From positions 1-64,000 of IMG/VR virus record IMGVR_UViG_3300030294_000026: a DNA stretch of 64,000 nt; one strand, given 5' to 3'. Shown here piece by piece: positions 51,437 to 60,600 of the stretch. Position numbers and translations under genes: made by a program. Each line of letters opens with the position of its first letter. Positions within the stretch are counted from its first letter, which is position 1. The notes under the pieces are model-generated. The model did no database searches. It was not told the DNA's origin and worked only from the letters and a program-made list of their open reading frames with translations. This stretch comes from an uncultured virus (IMG/VR IMGVR_UViG_3300030294_000026). Its lineage: Duplodnaviria > Heunggongvirae > Uroviricota > Caudoviricetes.

Positions 51437-51559
51437 TTATTTAATTATTGGGATATGTATATTTAAAACTGATGCTATCATATTAAAAAGTCCGCCTAAG
51501 AAGATAAGTACTGATTTCAACAATTCGTTATCTATAGTAAATTTCTTGCAATGTTTCAT
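51437..51559 (-). CDS. 40-aa hydrophobic peptide, type I toxin-like
   Basis: GGAGG RBS; MKHCKKFTIDNELLKSVLIFLGGLFNMIASVLNIHIPIIK; own TTGTAA-17-TATAAT promoter. Confidence 0.6.
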   Translation of the reverse strand: MKHCKKFTIDNELLKSVLIFLGGLFNMIASVLNIHIPIIK

Positions 51560-51689
51560 GCCATCGCCTCCCTCCCAATTAGGAATATTCGAGATGGCAA
51601 TATAATTATAACATTGTATGGAAGTAATTACAATTTAATGGAAAATAAATTTATTGTAAATAAGTATAGAATTGTGATATAATGGAGAT

Positions 51690-51837
51690 AATAAAAAGAA
51701 AAAGCCTAGCGTTGAAGCACTAAGCTATTTCTATAAACAATATCACGTTTTTAAAGTTTTCAAAGGACTATTGAATTGATATGTAAATGAATACTAAATC
51801 ACTGAATTAGCACTACTTAGTGGGGGGTGCTTTTTTC
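51690..51837 (+). ncRNA. Putative antitoxin RNA
   Basis: TTGTAA-18-TATAAT promoter at ~51654-51683; terminator AGCAC..GTGCT T6 overlapping the 3' end of the 51817 peptide gene. Confidence 0.55.
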
Positions 51838-51963
51838 AGTTGTCTCAAAATAAAAATCTTTGTAATGAATTTTAACTAGGTTTTCGGAATTTAGTGCTTT
51901 ATATAAAATTAATATAATACCTAATAATTCAATTACTTTAATAATAAAATCAAACATATCCAA
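51817..51963 (-). CDS. 48-aa single-TM peptide, type I toxin-like
   Basis: AGGAGGTG RBS, TTG; MDMFDFIIKVIELLGIILILYKALNSENLVKIHYKDFYFETTEKSTPH. Confidence 0.65.
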   Translation of the reverse strand: MDMFDFIIKVIELLGIILILYKALNSENLVKIHYKDFYFETTEKSTPH

Positions 51964-52276
51964 TAGCAACACCTCCTAGAATTATATTTTCAATAATCCT
52001 TTGAGGTAGGAAACGTAATCAACCACCGATCCACCATATCGGCATTAAAACAAATTAATATAAAATAAATTAATACTAAAAGGAGAGAATTAAAAATGTT
52101 ATATATAAAACTATAACTATAGTTAATTTCTTTTAGTACAAAATTAGTATACCATATATTTGTAAAAATGGATATAGTTAAATAAATATATTTGTTTATA
52201 AAATATGTAAATATTGTAACATTCCCTTACAAATGGTATAATTAGAAAAATACTATTTAATAGGGGTTGGATAATA

Positions 52277-53032
52277 ATGAATAAAATCTTTAAAAAGTTT
52301 ATATCAATAGGAATAATAGCAAGTTCAATAAGTATATTACCTTTAACTGGGGCAAGTGCAGAATGGAAACAAGACACTAAAGGTTGGTGGAATGCTGAGG
52401 ACAGTTCGTGGTCTAAAGGTTGGAAACAAATAGATGGCAAATGGTATTATTTTGGGCAAGACGGGTATATGGCTCATGATACCATAGTTGATGGATTTAA
52501 AATTGATAATAATGGAGTATGGATTCAAAATAACACTGTAAATAATACAACTGAAACAAGTACAAATGTTTCGAATACTGCTAATAGTAATAATAGTTCT
52601 AATACTAATTTAACTAGCAATGTAGATAATAGTACAAGTAGTAATGCAAGTGTAACATTAAATAATACTGGTGTGATTAATGCAAATACAACTAATAATG
52701 TAGCCGTAGATAATGTAAGTAAAGAAGAAAAAGATTATTATAAAGCATTGAAGAAAATCCAAGAAACTAATCAACAAAATGCTCAAAATGCCCAAGATAA
52801 TTTAAAGGCATATTATCAAAAACAATTAAAACAAGCAAAAGATGATTTAGCAGAAGCACAAAAAGAATTGAATAATGTCAAAGGGCAATTAACTAATAAG
52901 ACATTAGTTAAACAAGCAGATGGAACATGGCAATACGTATATGTTGCAGATACTCAAAAAGTTGCACAGTATGAAAAGAAAGTGAAATCTTGTCAAGATA
53001 ATGTTGATTATTATGAAAAATTAGCTAAATAA
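52277..53032 (+). CDS. Secreted cell-wall (choline-binding-type repeat) protein
   Basis: Signal peptide ending ASA-EW, KGWKQIDGKWYYFGQDGYM, N/S/T-rich linker, coiled coil. Confidence 0.85.
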   Translation: MNKIFKKFISIGIIASSISILPLTGASAEWKQDTKGWWNAEDSSWSKGWKQIDGKWYYFGQDGYMAHDTIVDGFKIDNNGVWIQNNTVNNTTETSTNVSNTANSNNSSNTNLTSNVDNSTSSNASVTLNNTGVINANTTNNVAVDNVSKEEKDYYKALKKIQETNQQNAQNAQDNLKAYYQKQLKQAKDDLAEAQKELNNVKGQLTNKTLVKQADGTWQYVYVADTQKVAQYEKKVKSCQDNVDYYEKLAK

Positions 53033-53123
53033 TTCTAAATTGATTAAGACTTTAGATATGAATGTCTAAGGTCTTTTATTGTTGTGGGAAGTTGTAAAAT
53101 ATGTAAGACTAGAATTTTGAGTT

Positions 53124-53615
53124 CTAGTCTTTTTCCAATTCGTACTTTTCATCATCTAAAAATTGTATTCCTGTTTTTAATGGTTTATAATTTTTATTTA
53201 AATATTCAAATATTTCAACTAAAGATTTATTTAATTCTTCATTTTTCAATATTATTGAAAGCATCATTAAATTGTTGTCAGTATTTTTATTCAAAGGATT
53301 AGCTAATGCAAATATGTTAGAAATAAATCCTTCAAACAAATTTATATCCATATGACCACGTTTTAATTGTGTTATTATTCCAGAATCAACCTTTGTCTTA
53401 GGAATCCATGCTAATTCACAATCTAATATATCAGCTAAGGCTTTTACCTCGGTATATCTAACTGTATCTCTATTCAATTTATTAGTAAAAGCATTTGTAG
53501 TAGTAGATATTCCATAATTATTTAACTTATCAATTATTTCGAAATATTTTAAATCACTATTGAATATATATTCTTTTAATTCTGTTTTTGTAGAGTTTTT
53601 ATTCATAAAAATCAT
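53124..53615 (-). CDS. HTH-type transcriptional regulator
   Basis: TTNAFTNKLNRDTVRYTEVKALADILDCELAW; divergent promoters upstream. Confidence 0.7.
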   Translation of the reverse strand: MIFMNKNSTKTELKEYIFNSDLKYFEIIDKLNNYGISTTTNAFTNKLNRDTVRYTEVKALADILDCELAWIPKTKVDSGIITQLKRGHMDINLFEGFISNIFALANPLNKNTDNNLMMLSIILKNEELNKSLVEIFEYLNKNYKPLKTGIQFLDDEKYELEKD

Positions 53616-53841
53616 CTCCTTACATTTATATTATAGCACTAAGTGTCAATTGATACAAATATAAAAAATAATTACTAATACGTTGACAAGGTAACTAATG
53701 AGTGATATTATAAATACATAAGGTTGGTAAACAAAACCAATCTAATAAAAATAAGGCAATAACAAAAGTAGTTATCACCTAGTATATCGCAAATATTAGT
53801 ATAACACATGTTAGAGTCTAATTCAAGGGAGATGTTGTATT

Positions 53842-54540
53842 ATGGAAAATTTTATGCAAACAGGTTTGAAAAGAGAAGCAATAATTGAGAACAATGAAGT
53901 GAGCAAGTACATTAAAGAACTGCATAAAGAATACGATTGGTTTTGTCAGTTTTACGAAATAGAAGATGTAGATTTTATAGGTAATTATGAATTGTTCTTA
54001 TCTTGTGGACATGTAGAATGGAATATTGATAGGCAAAATTTTTATTCCATTAAAGAAAATCAATTATATAATTTCTTTAGAAGATTAAAAACTGGTATTT
54101 ATAGAAGTATTTTAGTTAATGATAAAGAAGTATTAATTGATGATGATAACCTTACAGATTGTTTGTATAAAACTTTAGTTGAAAAAATAGAAAACTCAAG
54201 TATTGTTATGGGTTGTGACTCCTTAAAAGTCATACATATATATGGAGAAATAAGTGAACTAAAAGGATATGATGAAATGTCATATTTTGAAATATTTACA
54301 AGACAATTTTTAAATAATGAATGTGGTGAAGATTTTGGATTGATTGTTAAAAACGATCCTTATCAAAATGAGTTTAAGGATACTCAGTTTAAAGATGTTG
54401 ATGACTATTATAAGAGATGTAGTAATATAGTATTTGCTGAATATGTAGAAGAAAACAAATCAATGAATGGCAATGCTATTAGAGTTCAGTATAAAGGACG
54501 AGATGGACAAGTATTGAGTGAGATATGGCAACCGATATAA
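53842..54540 (+). CDS. Hypothetical moron protein
   Basis: Own TTGACA-17-TATTAT promoter at 53683, AGGGAG RBS. Confidence 0.75.
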   Translation: MENFMQTGLKREAIIENNEVSKYIKELHKEYDWFCQFYEIEDVDFIGNYELFLSCGHVEWNIDRQNFYSIKENQLYNFFRRLKTGIYRSILVNDKEVLIDDDNLTDCLYKTLVEKIENSSIVMGCDSLKVIHIYGEISELKGYDEMSYFEIFTRQFLNNECGEDFGLIVKNDPYQNEFKDTQFKDVDDYYKRCSNIVFAEYVEENKSMNGNAIRVQYKGRDGQVLSEIWQPI

Positions 54541-54660
54541 AATTAAATATTGTTTAAATGAATAAATATGGTATAATTAGAGTATAATAAAAGAAAAAGG
54601 ACGATTGCTCGTCCTATGTATCTCAGCCAGATGTAGGCTCTAATTTAAGTATTCGGCTCT

Positions 54661-54840
54661 TTACTTCAGAATATTTATAATTAGAGTCTTTATTATGTCT
54701 TGGTTAACACCATTTACAATAGCTTTAGATATCGAGTCTAATGCTAAAATAAACAATATAACTTTCCAAAGGCTTAATCCATTCTTTTTAACTGAAACTG
54801 GTTTAGTTTCGTAATCCAAATGAATACGTCTCTCTTTCAT
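54661..54840 (-). CDS. 59-aa single-TM peptide, type I toxin-like
   Basis: GGAGGAGGTG RBS before ATG 54840; LSLWKVILFILALDSI; convergent promoter at ~54550. Confidence 0.55.
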   Translation of the reverse strand: MKERRIHLDYETKPVSVKKNGLSLWKVILFILALDSISKAIVNGVNQDIIKTLIINILK

Positions 54841-55302
54841 CAAAATCACCTCCTCCAAAGTATTTTACCTTAAAAATAACTTATTATATCTAAGATAAAA
54901 TACTTTGGATTATGGTCGTTAGAACCATGAAAGACTACGTGATTTACTATATTGTTATAGATATTAATCTAATGTTTTAAGGTTTAATTTTGGACATGAT
55001 TTGTTCAAATTCATTTTTCATAACATTTCATTTTTAACCCTTTATCTATTTTAATACAGTGAATACATTATACCATAAATTTGAAAATATAGATATTATT
55101 ATTTTAATGAATTGATATTATAGGAATTGAAGAAAAGAAATTTAGAGATAACTTTATGCATACATAACGGAATTTGAGGATAAAATTAATATAATTATTG
55201 AATTAAATGGTGAAAGACAAGAATATATTTTGGAAATAGCTTAATTAATTTAATGGTTATTTAGAGTTGATTATAGGCAGAAATGCTTTATAATATAGAT
55301 AT

Positions 55303-55419
55303 GGAAGAAATAGATGTGGAATAAGGTTCGAAACTTATATTACATTGAACGGGCTATCTCCAATTAGCTTTTCTTCCTTTTTATTAATATTGGAGAAATA
55401 AATTAAATTATATTGGAGG
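55303..55419 (+). ncRNA. Putative cis-acting 3-way-junction/pseudoknot leader, copy C
   Basis: P1 GGAAGAAA/TTTCTTCC, P2 ATAAG/CTTAT, P3 GGCTA/TAGCT; loop TCTCCAAT complementary to ATTGGAG at 55389 and 55412. Confidence 0.65.
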
Positions 55420-55427
55420 AATTTAGG

Positions 55428-56675
55428 ATGAACATAGGTAACTTAGAAGTATATGGAATTATATATAAAGTTGAAAATTTAGTTAATGGAAAAGTTTATA
55501 TTGGACAAACTACAGAAGATAAAGGATTTGATGGACGATATTGTAGAAAAGGAGAAGATGTAGAAAGAGTTTATAAACAGAATAAAAGATTAAAAGAGTT
55601 AGGATTAAGTTATAATAAACATTTATTAAGTTCTATAGAAAAGTATGGTTTTGATAATTTTAAAGTAGATAAAGAACTTGATTATGCCTTTAGTCGCAAT
55701 GAATTAAATATAAAAGAACAATGTTGGATAAGTATTTTTAACAGTTTTAATAATGGATATAATAATAATCATGGAGGAGCTGGGAATTCAGGATATGAAG
55801 GGCTAAAAGGAATAGATAATCCTATGAGTAGAGAAGTTGTACAATTATCTTTAGAAGGAATTTTTATAAAAACGTGGGACTGTATGGAATATGTTTCTCA
55901 AGCATTAAATATAAATAAAGCACATATATGTGGAGTATGTAATAATACTTATGGAAGAAAATCAACTGGTGGTTATATGTTTATGTATAAAGAAGATTAT
56001 CAAAAACTAACTAATAAGGATACTATACATTATAATAACGAAATTGGAGAATATAACAAAGAACCAGTTATGCAATTAGATTTGAACGGTAAATTTATTC
56101 AAGAATTTAACTCTATTTCAGAAGCTAGTAGATTAGTAAATGGAGCAACAATAGCAAAGATATCTAAGTGTTGTAAAAAAGAGAGAAAGTCGAATGGTGG
56201 TTTCATATGGATATATAAAAAAGATTATTCTGATAACAACACGTATTCATGGAATGGCATACACAACGGAAAATCAAAAGAAGTTATACAATTATCTCTG
56301 AATGGTGATTTTATAAGTGAATATTCTTCTATTACTGAAGCTTCTAAATTTGTAAAAAATACATCAGTAAGTAAAATATCAAAATGTTGTAATGGAAATT
56401 CAAAATCTCATGCAAGTTATATATGGGTATTTAAAAATGATTATAATAAAGACATCAATTATAAGTTAGATACAAAACATACTGGAAAATCTAAAAAAAT
56501 AATTAAATTATCATTGAATGGAGATTTTTTAAATGAATATGATTCAGCAAAAGAAGCCGAAGAAAGTAATAATATATCAAGAAAAGCGATAACTAAATGT
56601 TGTAGTGGAAAAAGTAAAACATCAGGAGGATATATTTGGAAATATAAAGAAGATTATAATAAAATAGCAATATAA
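55428..56675 (+). CDS. GIY-YIG homing endonuclease with four NUMOD1 repeats
   Basis: GIIYKVEN..VYIGQT, NGYNNNHGG, 4x VxQLSLNGxFI..S..EA..ISKCC..GYIW. Confidence 0.9.
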   Translation: MNIGNLEVYGIIYKVENLVNGKVYIGQTTEDKGFDGRYCRKGEDVERVYKQNKRLKELGLSYNKHLLSSIEKYGFDNFKVDKELDYAFSRNELNIKEQCWISIFNSFNNGYNNNHGGAGNSGYEGLKGIDNPMSREVVQLSLEGIFIKTWDCMEYVSQALNINKAHICGVCNNTYGRKSTGGYMFMYKEDYQKLTNKDTIHYNNEIGEYNKEPVMQLDLNGKFIQEFNSISEASRLVNGATIAKISKCCKKERKSNGGFIWIYKKDYSDNNTYSWNGIHNGKSKEVIQLSLNGDFISEYSSITEASKFVKNTSVSKISKCCNGNSKSHASYIWVFKNDYNKDINYKLDTKHTGKSKKIIKLSLNGDFLNEYDSAKEAEESNNISRKAITKCCSGKSKTSGGYIWKYKEDYNKIAI

Positions 56676-56700
56676 AATGATTGGAATAATTATCTAACAT

Positions 56701-57015
56701 ATGGTATATTATACTATAAGAGGTGATTATACTATGGGATTAAATCAAATTATTTTTTTGTTAATTATTTTAATTGTTATAAGTTGTATTATATGGCAAT
56801 TATTTAAAAGTAGACAGTTATTTTTAGCAGGATTTATATTAAATTCTAATTCATATATATTATATTTATTTTCTTTAATAGTTCCGTTAGTAGGAATTAT
56901 AGTTGGTTCTATAAAGATTAGCAAAGATGATAATTATAATAGAAATGTAGGGATTAATTGTATAATATTAAGCATAGTATCAACTATTATAGGGATAATA
57001 ATTATTACAAAATAG
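56701..57015 (+). CDS. Small multi-TM membrane protein
   Basis: Three hydrophobic segments; GAGGTG RBS suggests ATG 56734. Confidence 0.7.
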   Translation: MVYYTIRGDYTMGLNQIIFLLIILIVISCIIWQLFKSRQLFLAGFILNSNSYILYLFSLIVPLVGIIVGSIKISKDDNYNRNVGINCIILSIVSTIIGIIIITK

Positions 57016-57101
57016 GAATATGAAAATAATATAATAATTTAGATAAGACTTAGTAAATCTAGGTCTTTTTATTATGTAAAAAATAAAGGAGAAATGTATA
57101 A

Positions 57102-57635
57102 ATGGGAATTTTAGAAAAACACCAAAAGTCAAATATTAGATATTCAAATAAAGATATAACATTTTTTGAACCTACTGATGAACAATTAAAAGAAGTAAAA
57201 GAAATCATTGAAAATAACATTACAATGATAAATGAACTAACAGTAAATCAAGAATTAGATACAAAAAGTATAAGATTTATTATTCGTGAATTAACCAACA
57301 TTGGTGCAGAAATAGACGAATTTACAGATGAAGAATTATTAAATAAATTAAATGATGGTGATAGAATTTTAAAACTTTTATTAAGAGAAGTGCAAAAATT
57401 TGTTAATGAAGTAGTAGATGACATATTAGATGAACAAATTGAAAATGTAAAAGCTTTTAATACCTTAATTAATATTTTAAATAGTAAGCAAGATATTAAA
57501 ATATTAGAAACAAAAGTAAATAAATTCTTTAAAAGGAATAAAATAAACATGAAATTTGAGGAATTGAAAGATTTTAAAAATAATCCAGAAAAAGCACAAG
57601 AATTAATAAATAAATTAAATATAAAAACTAAGTAA
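57102..57635 (+). CDS. Putative tail assembly chaperone
   Basis: Immediately upstream of tape measure gene. Confidence 0.55.
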   Translation: MGILEKHQKSNIRYSNKDITFFEPTDEQLKEVKEIIENNITMINELTVNQELDTKSIRFIIRELTNIGAEIDEFTDEELLNKLNDGDRILKLLLREVQKFVNEVVDDILDEQIENVKAFNTLINILNSKQDIKILETKVNKFFKRNKINMKFEELKDFKNNPEKAQELINKLNIKTK

Positions 57636-57695
57636 AGAAGTGCCAAATAATCGGTACTTCTTTTATTTTTGAAATGAAAGGAGAAAAGATTATAA

Positions 57696-60600
57696 ATGGC
57701 AGGACAATATAAAAATTCAATTAGCTTAGGTATAAAATTACAACCTACTAGTGAGGTACAAATAGAATTAAAAACTGCAATAGAACAATTGAATAAAAAT
57801 TCCAGTATAGATTTAAAAATAGATACAACACAAATAAATCAATCTTTAAAAGATTTTTCAAGTACTTTAATGAATGTTGGAGATCAATTAAAATCACATT
57901 TTAATATGCATGGTGTAAGTGATGAGATTGATATGTTACAAAAAAAGATTACAAAAGTCAAAGGAAGTTCCTTAGATATTGGAGATGGTTCAAAGGGATT
58001 TGATGAACTTCAACAACGTGCTAAGGTAATTAGGGAAACTGTTGATGAATTAGCTAAAATCAGTTTTAATACAACAAAAAGTGGTTCAGTTAAAGACGCA
58101 AGTATTACGTATACTGATAATATGGGAAAACTTGTAACCGAAACGATGAAATGGAAAAATGTTTCTGGAGATGCTGAAAATGAAGTTAAAAGAGTATTTA
58201 CTACTACTAATATAGCAGTTAGTGAAAATATTAAAACATTAGAAAATTATAAGCAAAAACTAGAAGAAACTAAATCTAAAATGCAATCTAGTTTGAATAC
58301 ATTATCAAGTAATTCAAAAAACAGTAATAATCTTAATGGGTTCATAGATGAATCTGTAATAAAAAGTATACAGTCACGATTGAATTCTATTAATACAAAT
58401 ACTGCCGATAGTGAGATTAAGGAATTACAAAATACTATTAAAAACTTAGGTAGTAGTGAGTCACAAATAGTAAGAGTTCAAAATGCAATATTGAAGCTAG
58501 AAAATGGATTGACTAACCTACGTGGAAAATATTCTGGATTAGTGGGGGACTCAAGTTCTAAGGCTGAATTGTCAAATTATATTTCTCAAATAGAAAATCT
58601 TAAAAAGGTATTATCTAGTTTAAATAATGGAGATAGTTTGAATGGAGCTAAAATATCTCAAGAAATAGGAAAAGGAACTAATGCTAGTAGAGAATTAAGT
58701 ACGGCAGTTAAAAACTCATCCAATGCACTTAAGCTTGCAACTACAGACAGTGAATCATTTGGACAAAGCATAAGAAGAACCCTAAGCAATGCAGGCATTT
58801 ACATGGGAACTTATCAAGCTATAAACATGATTACTAGTGCTTTAAAAGATGGTATAAAAAATATAATAGACATAGATACACAAATGCGTGATTTAGCTAA
58901 GGTTAGTAGTGCAACTACAGAACAACTATCAAAGTTTTCACAAGTAGCAAATAAAATAGCAATAAATGTTGGAACTTCTACTGAATCTGTAATATCTGCT
59001 ACAACTTATTATAGCAAACTAGGATATTCTATAGAAGAAGCAAGCAAACGTGCAGAAAAAGCTAGTATATTTGCAAATGTTGCAGATATGGGAATAGATG
59101 ATGCGTCAAAGGCTTTAATAACTATTCAAAAGGGTTTTGATTTAAATAGTTTAGAAGATATGAATAGAGTAATGGACGTAGCAAATGCAGTAGGAAATAA
59201 CTATTCATCAACTTCTCAAAATGTTGCCGAAGGTTTAAGGCGTATGGGTAATGCTATGAAAGAAGCAGGAAATAGTTATGAGCAATCAGTAGGTTTATTT
59301 GTAGCTGGTAATGCTTCGGTTCAAGATGCTGAAGTTGTAGGAAATGCCATCAAAACAATAACTATGAGATTACGTGGAATGAAGACCGAAATAGATGAAA
59401 CAGGCATCCCTGCAACCAAATTAAGACAAGCAATTAAAGATGTGACAGCAACAACTGGGCAAGAAATTGATATTATGAAGGATGATAATACATTCAAATC
59501 TACTTATCAACAAATGACTGAATTATCGCAAGTTTATCCAAAATTAACAGATGCTCAAAGGTCTTATTTACAATATGTAATTGCTGGTCAAAGGCAAGGA
59601 AATATTTTTAGTGGTATGATGACTAACATGAAAGAAGGAACAGACGCTTACACGACTGCATTGAACTCAAATGGATCAGCTATGCGTGAACAACAAATTT
59701 TTATGAATAGTATTGAAGGTAAACTAAACAAATTAAAAGAAACATTTAAGCAATTTTGGGTATCAACGATATCAAGTGATTCTGTAAAAAATATGGTTGA
59801 TGGATTAACTAGTGTAGTTTCAATTTTTGGGAATTTGCCCAGTATTGTAGGACTTGCAACTACTGCTTTTTTAATATTCAAAGGACAAGCAATAATAGGT
59901 GCTATTAGTGGATTAATGCAATATGCCACAACATTAACTTCAGTTATATCAAGAGTAGGTTTAATGAAAATTGCAATTGGCGAATTAAGCATTGCTATGT
60001 CTACGAATCCTTTTGGTTTATTAGCAATAGGTATAACTACAGCAGTTATTGCATTAGATTTATTTGGAACATCTACAGAACAAGCTAAACAAAAAAATGA
60101 AGAATTATTAAAAAGTATTCAACAAAGTAAAACTGATATTAGTTCATTGGAACAATTAAAAACCCAATATGAAAATTTAAATAAAGAATTAGATAATGGA
60201 AGTCTTTCTACGGAACAAGCAAAGCAAAAGAAACAAGAATTATCAGGAGTATATCAAAAATTAATCCAACTAGCACCAGAATTAGAAGGTTTATTGAACA
60301 GTGAAAGTGAAGATTACAAAAATCAATCAAAAGCTATTCAAAATATAATTGATTTAAAAAAACAAGAAATGGCTTTGAAGTCTGAAAAATATTTTGATGA
60401 TAATAGTATCAGTGATAAAACCATACAACAAAAAATAGAACAAATGAAGAGATATAGACAAATGATGGAGTCTAATGCGAAATACGCAACGATGTCTGAT
60501 GAAGAATTAAAAAATAATAATGCACTTGGTTGGAGTAGTGGAGATACTGTCAGGGATCAAAATAAACATTCAGAATTACAGAATAAACAGAAACTTATGG

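Noticed and set aside
52520..52720. AAT/ACT-rich low-complexity DNA
   Set aside because: Explained by an Asn/Ser/Thr linker in the cell-wall protein
55111..55243. Possible decayed small gene (..AYITEFEDKINIIIELNGERQEYILEIA)
   Set aside because: No start or RBS and frame broken; cannot be supported
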